Positions 23,701 through 38,306 of a stretch of 64,000 bases of DNA are shown one piece after another. Below the pieces are notes generated by a model. That model did not search any database. It was not told where the DNA came from and saw nothing but the letters and a program-made list of their open reading frames with translations. The stretch is from Podarcis muralis (lineage: Eukaryota), in contig NC_135660.1 in NCBI RefSeq assembly GCF_964188315.1, forward strand, positions 61,504,001 through 61,568,000, in the 5' to 3' direction. Positions within the stretch are counted from its first letter, which is position 1. Each line of letters opens with the position of its first letter. Both the position numbers and the translations under genes were made by a program.

Positions 23701-26700
23701 TGAATTAGCATTCTCATGTTACCTTATTCTGTTCTCTGCTTTTAGAATTTGCCTTGCTGATGCTGCTTTATATTGTAGCATTGATGTTAAAAAGTTAACA
23801 TAGGCAACATAGATGGGTCTCTGCATTGGGGAAAATAGCAGAGGGAGAGATGGAGTCGCACAGATGGAGATATGATACAAGTCACACAATGACCAGTTGC
23901 ATCACCATCATCATTAGTGAGCAGACTCTGGGATCCTAATTCAGGGTGGAACCATGGCGGGAGATGTGGGAGCTTTTAACATTTTGCTTCCCTCTATGGT
24001 TCAGTGCGGGTGGCGCTGTGAGTTAAACCACAGAGCCTAGGGCTTGCTGATCAGCAGGTCGGCGGTTCGAATCCCCATGACGGGGTGAGCTACCGTTTCT
24101 CAGTCCCTGCTCCTGCCAACCTAGCAGTTCGAAAGCACGTCAAAGTGCAAGTAGATAAATAGGTATTGCTCTGGCGAGAAGGTAAACAGCATTTCCATGC
24201 TATGGTTAGCCAGAAGTGGCTTAGTCATGCTGGCCACGTGACCCAGAAACTGTACGCTGGCTCCCTCAGCCAATAAAGCGAGATGAGCGCTGCAACCCCA
24301 GAGTCATCCGCAATTGGACCTAATGGTCAGGGGTCCTTTACCTTTTATGGTTCAGATCAGGGCCCCACCCTAGATGCTTTTTACTCTGTGCCCCTGCCCC
24401 ATATAAACCATTCGCACCCTCAGAATACATCCCTCCTGCCTCCACTAATAAAGCCATTTGGAAGAGAAGGTGGAACAAGCAACATGACTTGCAGATAAGC
24501 AGTCCGTGGTTATTTAAGATACTCTACTTCCTCAAAACGTTTCCACAGCTACATAACAGTATGTATTTCTCCATGGCAAGCTGACTGTTGTTTAGTGTAT
24601 GAATGATCTTGTTTGGCCTCCAGGAATGTCTCAGGAAAAGGGGCTAATCTTTCCAATGTGATGCTGATCTATTACAAATAAATTCACTTGACATGGTACA
24701 CTCTCTAGGAAGCTGCCGATAAACAAAACCATGTGCATTTGTTTTTGAGGCATTTATAATGGAAGAGAACGTGTGAGGTTTGCTCAAGCTGTGTTTCGCT
24801 ATGTTGTTTAGAGCTTACACTAATCAGCCAAATGGAAATGATTTTGAATGGCATTGTGTTTTATTAGCATTAAGGGACTAACAGGCAAGTAAATGTTAAA
24901 TCATTTTTGACATCCATTCTGTCATGGTTTATAAAAAGTACTTGTACACCCTAGAGAGAGTCTGCTACAAATCTAATGCAGCAATGTGGTAAGGTTCTCT
25001 CCCCACCCCTTCATGAATAGATATTAGAAAACCCTTCATTTGCTTCTATAAATGATTTATCTGCTGTGTACTAAAATTTAGTTGTACTTTTATACTTTAG
25101 ATATATATCTACAATTAAATATGTCTGAACTTTCAGTGGGCAGTTGATTCCTGTGTTATGTGGCTCTTATCAGATGAGCTAGGTTTAAAATTTAAGGTCA
25201 GATATTGGGCATATTTGTGCAGCTTGGCATCTGAAAACACAAACTACACACACAAATCTGAGTAGTGATGGCTGGGTTTTGATTTAGCAAAGTGATATTT
25301 AATAATTTTATGATATTTTTGTGTCTCTCTGTGTGTTTTACCCATGGCTGTGTATTGTGCTTTTTGGATGATGTTTTTAAATTGTTTTATTGCTGGCCTT
25401 TATTGTTCTTTTCGAACATTGCTATTTTGTTTTTGTTTTATTATGTTCATGAGCTGTCTTGAACTATATGAGGAAAGGCAAGATATAAATAACTTGAATA
25501 AATGAATGAATGAGCAGGGAAAGGATTAAGCAAACTCTCCCTCCTCTTTGCCTGCCCACTCCTGATTCTACCCATTAGAAATGGCTTTTTCAGCTCCAAC
25601 TGGGCTGTTAGGCTACAGGCTTGTGTACAATTTGTAAGCTGAGTTTTAAGAAGTGCAGAACTAGAGGCTAAAATGCTGGCTATAGCAGAATGTTAGGGCA
25701 ACTTAGATTTCAGAAAGAACAAAAAAAAATAAAAAATGACCATCCTGTGAAGAAACTCTGTTCCTGATTCCCATAGTAAGGAATCATTGCTTTGCACTTA
25801 GAAAACCGAGTAACTGAAGGGGTGTTGCATATGTCTGGGGATTCCCTGACTCATACGCCTGTACTACATTAAATTCAATGATGGAGCCGAATAAAAAGGC
25901 TTTTCATGATACTACAGCTCCTCATCAATTTGCCAATTCATAGAATCCTCAGGTCTCCTCTTCCCGGTTTTAATTAATAATTCTTTCACAATATCAGGTG
26001 CGAAAATACTGTGCTGGGAAACACACCAGCTGACTTATGGAAATGTCTTAATGCCAAATGACAGCATCATATTTTGAGGAAAGTTGTCGTGCCATTTGCA
26101 GTATTAAAAACAGATGGAGGTGTGCAGAGAAAAGGGGGAGCCTACGAGAAGGCCCAGGCTTTGCTGCCAGAGGCTGAGTTGATGTTTATATTACAGATTA
26201 CAAAGAGATTGCAGTCTCCCAATGGCAAATATTCTCTGGGTACAAAAGCGATAAAAACTGTTTAAAGTTGCAAAACATACGCAAATAATATTTTAGATGG
26301 CAACACTAATGCTAAGAACAATTTTTAATTTGGAGAAGTCTAAAAATAAGGGCAAACACAAGCCCTAACTAGTTTCACAATGTTAAACCTGCATTGCAGG
26401 GGGTTGGACTCTTGAGGTCCTTTCCAACTCTACAATTATATGATTTGGTCATCCTATGAAATCATGGTAAAGCATACCATTCTACCAAAGATTAAAAGTA
26501 TGGAGGTTAATACTTGTGCAAGTCAAATGGTATTTGGCTGGCGTCTTGGTGTTAAAGTAGACACCAGATGAATCACACTGCAGAGGACATTCCATAAACA
26601 GAAGACCACTTTTAAGAAGTCTCTTGTGACAACCCACCATATTTCAGCTTGCAAGGACACACAGAAAAGGGTCTCCGTTGACCTCAGGGCTTGGATTGAA

Positions 26701-29700
26701 CCTTCAGATTACTTGTTTCTGTCGCTCTGACAAATGTATTAATTTTATTTAATTTGTAGCAGCATTGTGAAACACAGCTGAATGTGCATGCACTTTTACA
26801 TGTCTCTGGCCATGTCTCTACTCAGATGTGAGTCCTGTTGCATTCAGTGGGGCTTACTTCCCGGTAAATGAAGATAAGACTGCAGCCTTAGTGTCATGCT
26901 ATGGGAGTTTCATTGGACCGTCTCCAACTAACCTTTACTCAGAGTAGACCCATTGCTGATGGGCATGTTAAGTCTGCTCAGAGTATGACTAACATTCAAT
27001 ACAATCCATTGCAAATAACTTATAAGCAAGCTATTTACTTCTGTGTCGTATATCAAATTCTGAAATTTTTCTAATTCTAGCATTATCGTTCATTTCCACA
27101 TTCTGCTAAGGTATTTCTAGGACTCAAGTCAATTATAGCTGGGTTTTTGGAGATCGGATACAAAGTGCCTCTCCAATTTTTTCTGCTCCCACTGAGCAAC
27201 ACTTTGTATCCCTTGCCAATTTTCATCACTATAGTTAAGAATATGGCTTTCTGGCTACTTGGACTGGTTGTATTCAGCAGGAACTGAGAAACGAATATAT
27301 TGTTTTGGCAGTAAAACTGACTTCATTCATTTGCTGTATTCCAAGCCACAATATAATGATTTATTTACTTAAAACATTTCTACAGAAAATGTTCATGGTG
27401 GCTTAAATCACCAAATTTAAAACATCAGGTATTCAAATATAATAAAATAAACATTGCTGCTTAAATCCTTCTTTAAAACAGCCTGGAAGTAAACAAAATC
27501 AGGAACTGGAAGACTATGGACCTGTCAAAACATAAGGTTTCTGCTTGATGTCTAAGTCCACAGGCTGAACCCAACTCACTTGGAAATAAATTCAGTTGAA
27601 TTAAATAAATCTTTCTTCTGAGTAGATATGCTTATGGTTGCACTGTAAATGTCAACTCAGGGCTCTTTCACACTTCACCTTGTGCCGTGCCTAAAAAGCA
27701 CAGCTCCAAACAATTTTCCATTTGACCCACACTTTCTAGGCATGGGTCTGTGTGGTTTCCCCCTTGCTCCGCTTCTTTCCAAGGGAAAAGCTGCTCTTCA
27801 GCAATAGAGCGGAACAAATGTCCATCTGGGAAGAATCCAAATTGCTGTTTGCTCTGATTGAGCACTAAAGAGTAGTTTTCCCTGGGGGAAAGCAGCAGAA
27901 CAAGAGGAAGTGTCAATAAGTTCTCAGTGTCACAGGGATAGGGAGTTTCATAGCCTGGTTGCTGCAATGGAAAATGCCATCTCCTTTAGCTTGTTCAGAG
28001 TGGCTGGGGAAACCCAGCCAGATGGGTGGGGTATAAACAATTCTGGGCATTTGTAAATCTCCCTCAAAACAGGAAATGTGATTTTTAGTGCATGATTAAG
28101 GTGTTCAACACAAGCTAGTATAGTGATTTTCAACCAGTGTGCAATGGCACCCTGGGGTGCCTTGAAGGATGGTATGGGGTGCCACGGGCAACACTGGCCT
28201 CTGTCCCTCTTTCCTTCCCTCCCTTACTCTAATGCCCTCTTGCCTCTCTGCCTCCTAAAGGCTTGCATGGCTGTTTGTTGCAGCAGCCCTGACTACAAGC
28301 TCCCCAGGCGAATGGTGCCTCTGGGGCTGGCCAGGGGGTGTTTCCCAGGCCCCTGGTGGGGCAGTGGGAGGAGACACCTCTCTTTGGGGCAGGGAGGGCA
28401 GCTCAGAGACCAGGGGCTGCTCAGAGGACTCCCAAGGAGAGGGGAGAGTTTAAGAACGCTCCACAAGGGAGGGTGTTTGAAAAGGGTGAGGGGCTGCTGG
28501 CTCTGCAGGCAAGGGGTGACAGAACTGGGCTTCTGAGCCCCACAGGGGTGCCACAGAAAAAATGTAGTTGGTCAAGAGAGCCGTGGACCCAAAAAGATTG
28601 AAAACCTCTGAGCTAGAGTATTAACGTTTGCTATATTGATAGTTCAACACGCCTTCTAGAAAAGTATATATAAATAAATAAATAAATAAATAGACTATAG
28701 ACAATTTTGCCTCTCTGTCAAGAGATGTCAACATAGCCAAATACATTTGGCAATCAGTTTATTATAAATATGTGTAAATACTAGAAAAACATATGCATTG
28801 ATCATGTTCATTACTTTCAAAAATTGACTTGTGCCTGTTAAGTGTTAATAGGCTGATATACATTTATTTATTTATTTAATTAGAGAATAATTCCTTCCAT
28901 CCTCTAACTCTGAAAAGATGCAAAGGTGTTTCCACTTTATGCTGAACTGGAAGCACTAAAACATTTCCTTTATAAGCAGAAGACCTGAGGATAAAAATAT
29001 GTACCCGTTGAAAGGTACAACCAAGTGAATAAATGTTATCATTATCCTCACAAAATTAAAAATGCAGAGCTTGAGATTTAGCCATTCTATCTAAATCAGC
29101 ACTGCTGTGTTGTTTGTAGATTTATTACAATCAGTGCAGCTAAATGTGGAATAAAATTACTGCTTAGTACGAGTCACAGTATTTGACCCTTGAGCTGAAA
29201 GTGCTTTCTTTCTTCCTTGAAAATATAATGCTGTGTGCATTAGCTTCTAATACTGTGGCAGCTGTGCTCAGCCTAGGCAATAAGAAGGAAAGGGAGAGAA
29301 AGTAGAACGGAGGGAGAGACAAGGTCTTTCCATTTATTGGACCTTTTGCAAAAAGATTGCACATTAACCTAATGTTACATTGAAATCAACAGTGTGTTAA
29401 TCACAGGTGGGTTGACTTGATCACGTGAGTCTAACGTGTTTCCCCCTCATAATCATAACTCTCAGCACAAACATTTTACCTTCTGCAGTGTTTTACCAAT
29501 CATAGTATAATTGTCTCGGATTAGTTTACAGAATGAAGTGAAAACTGCCAAACTGACAATGTGATGGAATGTGTGTGTAGCTTATGGGCATGTGTTTTGT
29601 TTCAGCAAACCTTATTGTTCAAGGATGGAAAAGAGCTTCTTCAAAGTTCTCAGCAGCACATACAGAATTTACTAGGAAGTGTAAGGTCTGCCACTTGGTA

Positions 29701-32700
29701 TTACTCATCTAGTTCGCAGATCCCTGCCATACGGAGATTTATAGACATTGCTGACCACCTGGCAACTATCTTTGTGAGCCCTCTTCTTGACATGGGGCAC
29801 ACAGTAATTGCATCTGTGGAGGATATACCCTGTGTCTTTAAAAAACAAACTTGGTATTTTCATTCTAGTGACAAGAAACGATGGGCATGATCCTGTACCC
29901 ATTTAGCTGGAAGTAAACCCCATTAAATTCAAAGGGACTTGCTGCTGAGTAGACATGTGTAGAATAGCACTGCGAAGATGTACTTGTCCATTATTGTTTT
30001 TGCTGACTCTAGTTCTGCTCCTCTCCTCTCCTCATCACTAACAATGCAATAAACGAATTGTTTCCTTTATACTCTCACCTACAGCTGGACCGCTGGAGCT
30101 GCCTCTATTTGAATTGATACCATCCCAGAGACAAGTGGTTTTTCATGGCGACCGCTTACCATTTCAGTGTACAGCAACATACCTCGATAATACTACACAA
30201 GTGCATTGGTACCACGATGGACGCCTAGTTGAAACAGATGACGAAAGTGGCGTGTTTGTGGAGGACAGCATAACGCATGACTGCTGTTTAATCACACGGT
30301 AATATATTCCCATCTTTGGTATTATTTAGAACAGCTTTTCCCAACCTGGTACACTTCAATTATATATAGGGCTACAATTTCCATCAGCCCCAGTCAGCAT
30401 GGCCCAATGGTCAGGGATGATAGGTGTTAGGATTCAACAACTTCTGGAAGGAACTGGGTCAGGGGGAACATACAGTATGATTTTAGCAGTGTGGTGAATG
30501 ATGGTGACTAGTTTGGGTTTTTCTTTTGGTCTTTGCTGGCTGCCAGGTAGATTTCCATCTTTCTGAGATGCTCACACTTCTCCAGATTCAAACTGGAGTC
30601 TAAATACTAATGTTAGAGTCTCCCCCCCCCCCCCCCAATTTCACTTGGTTAAGCTGTAATCCAGTGGCACCTGCATGGTACATTTGACTTATTCGGGAGA
30701 GGTATTTGAAAGATGACATAAAGTTATTTTAATACTCCCAAGTGCTTTAGGAGACATATGATGAGTAAAGAGAGTAACTTCTTCTTAGAATGATCCCTGA
30801 AATACTCGTTTCTTTTGCTGATGAATTCCAGCTCTGCAGCCTCGTCCATCAAATGTCTACCGAAACTTTCCATTTAAATTCAACAATGCTAAAGGGCAGA
30901 CATTTCCCTGGAACATGCATTGGTTTTTGATAGCCCTTTGGAGGTGTCTAAACTAGAATTATAGGTGATTCTGTTGATAAAAAGTTTCTCATTGGTTATG
31001 TATTATATTCATGATAGTACTTACTTCTGAGCAGATATGTATAGGATTGCGGTGTTGACATATTTTCCCCTCGTGGAAAATGGCTAGCTGCTACAAACTA
31101 CCTCGCAATGGATGCTCCCTCTCCCACCACTTTCTGTTAATGATCAGGTGGAGTAATATTTAAAGGCTGTCTATGAATTCTCCAGTCTCTCTCTCTCTTT
31201 CACTCTGTAACACAGAGGGGGAAAGTGTTCACACTGATTAACATCAGTTTCTTTCTATGTCGACCATTTATTCATTAGTATCATTTTACTAGAACAAGCT
31301 TTTTCTTCTTAAAAACGCAACTTATTTATTTATTTTCAAACACTCTTGCTGAGAATCTGTGCCCCCGTGAGATTTTTTTCAGAAGTGTCCTGCTGTTGCA
31401 CCTGCCAGCAATACCTAGACAGAACAATTCTCAAAGCCGCATGCATTTGGCAGCAACCAATGCAAATGTATTAAGAACCTGAATCATGCTTTATGAATTT
31501 TATATCGGACTGTACAATCTCAGAACTACGATGCCCTGCCAGGTTGCTCTAATTTGTGTGTGTTTACTTTATATCGAGGAACAACTGACATCATCTAGTT
31601 CATTTTTTATACCAGTAGGAGACTGGAATGATGAGCTATACTGCTGCTTTTCAACCTTTGCTATGCAAAAAAAATGTTTTACAGTATACAAAATTGCCTT
31701 GTGGCGAATGTTTAGAAAGATCAAAAAAGAGGCAGCATGTTGAATATGGGAAGGTTGAAACTGATTCACAACATAAAAATCAATATGTGCAACGTGGGGC
31801 TGATGGTTTAATTAGTTCTATCAAACACCTGCTGCTTAAATTACTGGGTAGATACTGCCCTGCCCTCTCATTTCTGCAACTGCAGACTTTCTTTGCAACC
31901 CACCATAAAACTAAATGTCTGATTAATATGATCTAATCTGCCTTGATTTTATAACACTTCTCCTCCCACTTTCTATACCCATGAAGTTAACAGAATGTAG
32001 CCCATATATTGTAATATCCTGACCTAGCATTACTTTTGAACATTATACTAATTGTATTTTTGAAAGCCAACACACTTTGCATAGTTAACACTTTTGAATA
32101 TTTGCGACCCTTGCAAAAATAATATCTATCATATGGGGTCAGGGATAGGGAGCTAGTAAAATCGGTGGGACAGCATTTTGTAGCTGTTTGCAAGGTTCCC
32201 AGAAGAACTGTAGAAAGCTTTAGAAAGGGCTGTTGAAAATGGAGGGCCATTTTGGCTCAGCCTCAAGTATAGCTCCACATATAAAATCAAATTAATGTGT
32301 GTGCAACTGTTACTGTAAGTGTTGTCATAGAAACAGGGGCAGTCTTCCACCCCCTGTGTTTAACTGTATGTGTTGCCTTTTAGTGCAGATACTATACTTT
32401 AGTGCAGATACTAGTCTTTCCAAAGCTACTTTCTGAAATTTGTAAAGAGAATGACTAAAAGTGTCCATATATCCTGATTGTTCTGGATATGTATTTCCAG
32501 CTCAACACAATTATCGTTTATAGACATTCCAGTTTTATTGTCTTTCCTTTGTAAATATAAGATATTGAGCCACATTACTAGCTTTCTGTTAAGACATAAT
32601 TGAAAATAAATGACAACCTAAACATTTTTTTTGTACTGTGCTAATGAAACTAATTTATAAAGTGAGACTCTGCCTCATGACATTTTTCTTGGCAACAAAT

Positions 32701-35700
32701 GTTTCCATATGGGACACTTGAGAATATGTTTTCAATTAGTTCTTACTTCAATTTTTCAGGTATTGGCCAATAATAATATTATTTGAACTTTTCAAAGTTA
32801 CTCTGACATATCATTTCCATGGTCATATGTATACTTTTTTATATAAGTTAAGAAACTTGTTCCCTACCAGTCATTGAAATGGTATATTTCTACCATGAGC
32901 CAACCACATATTTCCTATAGCATTTGAAAATAATTTGTGCATCTGAAAAATATGAACCCGGGAGCTGAGTTCAGCTGATTTCCCTGAGCAAATGTTTACC
33001 TTGTATTGTCAAATTCCTTTATGTCTTTGAAGATTATGGAAAGTGTGTGGCTAGGCCATACCAGCTTGCCCACTTCTTTTTCAGTGGCCCTTCTCCAGCT
33101 ATTCCCTTTTTTCGGAAGCATGGTTTGTATTCACAAAGGAGAAGGCCCCAACTCAAACAGAAGGATTAGCTATCCCAAATTTAATAGTATATTGTGAGGC
33201 ACACCAATGAAGTTGGTTGAATTGGGGTTCACGTAAAAACAAAGAGTATCTATGTCAAGTGTGACAACTTTTTATCGAGATGCCTCTCAGTTACTTAAAT
33301 GTGAGGCTTGAAAGGAATCTGTTTTTGTAATAAATCATCATCAACAGTAACAATTAGTAATACAAAAGAGAGGACCTTTTTTTGTCATGGCACTCTGAAT
33401 TCCCCTGCCCCAGGTCATATCTGTCACTGGCATTACAATATTTTCAATGCCAGGTAATGTTCATTGGAGAAATGTTGGAGGGTATGAGGTTATCAGACCC
33501 CCGAACCGTCTGAAGCCAACCCTGTATAGGGAAGGTTTTCTTTAATGTTTACGTTTTATTATGTTTTTATATTTTAATGATCTTCCTAGTTGGCCACACA
33601 TTTTAGATGGTGTTTTTTTGTCACAATTTAGCCTTACACTGCTTTTCACTTTATAGGCTATTTTTTTTTAGCACAGGCACAATGTGTTTTAAATATATTA
33701 GGTCTGATGAAAAAGAAAATGGAAAATGTTGACACCAAATGTATAGATGGCATAAACTTATGAGATAAAAGGGAAGTGCGTAAAGACTATTAAATAAAGT
33801 GCAGCAGGAAACCCGGGCAAGCAGCTGGAAAAGAAATGTAGTTGAGGGAGAATATAGACTTTCAAAATAGAGTACCACAACAAGGAGCAAGATGGCAAGC
33901 TTCTGTATTATCCAGACACTGGCCTGGTTAACATGTCACAGTAAGTCAAACTATGGCCTATGCACAAACATGCTGGCGCCTCAGGAGGACCATGAGGCAC
34001 AGCATGAGTCAAATTTAGTGTGCCATCTGAACCTAGACTCAGAGGTGAGGCAAGGTGGGTGCGGTGGATGCATCCCCAGGTGCCAGCTTGATGGGGGGGT
34101 GTGACATTTGCTGCGCCACCGGTGCCATTTCCCCGCACTCCCAGCTGGAGGAGTTAGGCAGGGGAAAGGACGAGCTGCATGGGTGCAGCTCCCCAGGTTC
34201 AGGGTATGTTTGGGAGTCACAGGGGGCGCTGTTGCGCTGTTGCCCCAGCCCAGATGGCACCCCCAGCACGATCATGGCCATGTCAGATGGCACCCTCCGG
34301 CAAGATCGCGGCCATACTGGATGGCACCCCTGGCACGATCCCCGCCGCGCCAGATGGCACCTCTGGCGTGATTGTGGCTGTGCCAGATTGCACCCCCTGG
34401 GTATGATCGCCCCACCACCTGGGTGGATTGCCCTGCCCTCAGGTGCATGGCATGTGTGCCACCCTGGGTGTCGGAGCGGCTAGCCCTGCTGCTGCCTAGA
34501 CTTGGGGTTAAGGTCCCTCCTTTTTAACTATGATCAGTAACCAAGGTTTGTTCTATGTTCCATGCTAAAAGGGCTGGCTGTTTGTGTTATAGGATAGCTT
34601 CTGTGTGAGATTGTGCCATTTCTGAAGAGCTCTGTTGCAAAAGGCAAAGAGGAATTGTTGAGGGTTTTGTTTGCTCTGTCTTAATCTGTAGGGCTTTAAA
34701 AAAAAAAGAAAAAGAAAACACCTCTGAGTTAATCTCACTGTAGGTTTAAACTGAAAAAAGGATGTGTGTCAGGTATGTGAGAGAGAGGGAGAGAAAATGA
34801 CGCTGCTGCCACTGAAGAATGACAGCTTATTTTTATAGCTCCATGCTCCAAGGCTGACTCCATGTCCAACACAGCTATATGAATAAATGATGCAGGCTTC
34901 CCAGTGATATGAAACTGTAATAAGAACTGTGATCAGAGTGCTCTTCATCAAAGATAACAAGACCTTGCCAAAGTCATGTTGTTGCAAATGGCTGTGTGGT
35001 ATTATATGTATATACTGATACATAGGTTTCTCAGGCGCAATGAATTTTTCTGTTGTTCTTTCAGTAGGGGGGAAATACAGCTCTCTTTCCAACCATTTCC
35101 AGCTACTGGGGCTACTCAGCCAAGGCACCATAATTCCAATAAACATTAAAAAGGTTAACCACCTTATACAGTGGTACCTCGAGTTACATACGCTTCAGGT
35201 TACATACGCTTCAGGTTACAGACTCCACTAACCCAGATATAGTACCTCGGGTTAAGAACTTTGCCTCAGGATGAGAACAGAAATCGGGCTCCGGCGGCAC
35301 GGCGGAAGCAGGAGGCCCCATTAGCTAAAGTGGTGCTTCAGGTTAAGAACAGTTTCCGGTTAAGAACAGACCTCTGGAACGAATTAAGTACGTAACCAGA
35401 GGTGCCACTGTATTTTGTAACACGTTTCCAACCATAGATTACAATACGAAAGGCGAGCCTAGAGTTTACACAGAATATACAAGCTTTGTACTGTCAGGCT
35501 GTCAACAAAACTGACAATATATTGTGTAGCAGAGATGATAGCCCTTTGTAGGGATTTGAGAAATGGAGAAACCGTGATGCGCACCTAAAGTTACATGAAA
35601 GTCGTGTTTTACACATTTTGTCTTCCGGCAAGAGAAAAAATGTCAAACAATACAGTCCAATAAAGAATTAAAACAACCGGCATTTCTAGAATTAGTGATC

Positions 35701-38260
35701 AAAGTTCAGCCAAGAGCAACATGTCTAACAGAATAGGCTTTCCTTGGCAGGCTGCTAAAACTTCGTAAATGAATGGAAAGTGGCCAGTGCAAATAGTTCA
35801 AGCATCCCCAAAGCCATATCTTATTTTGTGTGATACAGATATTGATTTGTGGCCAATGACAACCCTGAATGCAGAAGGCTTGTTAAACAGAATTTGTAAA
35901 TACTTGGAGGAGGACAGTTGTGAAACCAGCTCAGGAAAAGTTCAGTTGTCCCACTTAGCACAACAGATGGGGGGGGGGAGTATACCGATGCAAAATGTGC
36001 TTGCATGTGACTTAGATTAAAGCAAAAACTGCTGGAGCTATAGTGTCTTGTGGGGCATAGGGTGAAAATACAAATGTTTAAATTAGCTTTTGGTTGGAGC
36101 AGTTGAAAATGGAAATGAAGCAGCATTTGCAACTTAATAAACATTACGTAATAAACATTATAATAAATGTTTATTACGATGTAATAAACATTACATCGAG
36201 ACGCGGGTGGCGCTGTGGGTTAAACCACAGAGCCTAGGACTTGCTGATCAGAAGGTCGGCGGTTCAAATCCCCGTGACAGGGTGAACTCCCGTTGCTCGG
36301 TCCCTGCTCCTGTCAACCTAGCAGTTCAAAAGCATGTCAAAGTGCAAGTAGATAAATAGGTACCGCTCCGGCGGGAAGGTAAACAGCATTTCCATGCGCT
36401 GCTCTGGTTCGCCAGAAGCGGCTTAGTCATGCTGGCCACATGACCTGGAAGCTGTACGCCGGCTCCCTCGGCCAATAAAGCGAGATGAGCGCCGCAACCC
36501 CAGAGTCGGTCACGACTGGACCTAATGGTCAGGGGTCCCTTTACCTTTACCTTAAACATTACAGATAGTAGCAGTGATATTACCACCTGATTAGAGTGGC
36601 TGGTTGGGATCTGCTGTTAACCTCACCCACTTTGAGGTTGTCCAGTTCTGCAGGCTCTGGCTCTGGCTCAGCATCAGAGCAGTGGGGGTTCCATCAGAGG
36701 CACATTCTCAGTCTGAGGTGTCAGATAAAGTCATGTCCTCTACCCTGGACAGTCCTGGGACAGTTAATCCCTCAGGCAATGGCTTGTCTCTCTCCCTCTG
36801 AGCCAGAGGCAGGGGAGAACAGGACAGATTGCTTAAGAAGCAGCAGGAGTCTGGCAAACACTGAATTAAGAGCTGGGGAGGATGTGGTGTTGCAGTAACT
36901 TGGTCCTATGGCTTCCTTCTTTCCTGGAGCCCACACTGACTCATTTATTCTCTTCTCAAGTAATGGAATGCTTCCTGCTGCCAGATGGGTGTTGGGACTT
37001 ATGGTCTGGACTTCAGATTGTCTTATTTTCTTTCAAATATTTATGTACCCCTTCATATTCAAGATTCCTAAGCAGTGTACATAAAATATTTTAAAAAGAG
37101 AGAGAATTGAAATTCATCATAAAAACAGAAAACTGCCTTTAAATGCCTGCTGAATTTTTTTGTAATGTGCCTGACGTTCAGCAAAGAGGGTACCTGTTTA
37201 ATCTCAGTCATTAGGATTGGACCACCACAGGGTTGGGTCCACAACACTGAATGCCCAGCTTCAAGTAGTTATGATCCTTGCCTCTGAGCCATAGGAAACC
37301 TCCAGCAGAGACTCCCTCAGATATCTCCATAATCAGGCCATGCTTTAAGGGATGAGGCACTCCTTAAAATATCCTAGACCCAAGTTGTTGAGGGCTTTCC
37401 AGAAGATCACTGAATCTGGCCAGTAATGTTGGAACCGAATTGTGCTGGTTTGATCTTCAGGAAATATAGCATTATTCAACATCTAAACACATTCTGAGGG
37501 AGAGAAAGTGTCAGACACAAGCAGAGGGTGGCAAATGAAAGTCTGCATTACAATAATGCAACAAATACTAATTTTAAAATTAATTATTTTGGTGAACTCT
37601 GCTGGCTACCATTTTCTAGCTGCTCCCAAAGGCATGCAATCAAATAATCAAGGATTATCATACAAAGATTAGCACTTTTTATTCATCATCTTGGACATGT
37701 TTTACTTAACAAAGCCTCGGTGTGGGTTTTCTGTTTGCTAGACCAGTTGCTGCTATAGTTTCATTGTGGTGATGGTTCTTGTTCCTGTTGTCTGGGTCCA
37801 ACAGTGAATGTTGAGGGCTGTGTTGCTAGACCTACTGAGCAGTGGGCTTTTTCAAAGCAAAGTCAACATTGTGGAATTGTAGGTTAGAAGTATGAGGGAA
37901 AAGTCCTGCAAATAGGCTGTGTTTCACTTGTCTAGCACTTCCCACGCTCTGGGTGGTTCCAGAGCTGAATTGACTACACAATCATTGAAGCAGTGGCAGA
38001 ATGTCTAGAAGTATGAATGAAGCCAAGTTACAGGGAACCAGGCAGAGGGCCTTCTTGGTAGTGGCACCCACCCTGTGGAACGCCCTTCCACCAGATGTCA
38101 AAGAGAAAAACAACCACCCGACTTTTAGAAGACATCTGAAAGCAGCCCTGTTTAGGGAAGCTTTTTAATGTTTAACAGACTATTGTATTTTAATATTTTG
38201 TTGGAAGCTGCCCAGAGTAGCTGGGGTAACCCAGCCAGATGGGCAGGGTATAAATAATAA

Positions 38261-38306
<46 letters not shown>

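Noticed and set aside
34250-34410. 33-bp repeated units resembling a CRISPR array
   Set aside because: Units are directly tandem with no unique spacers, the context is vertebrate intron and there are no cas genes.
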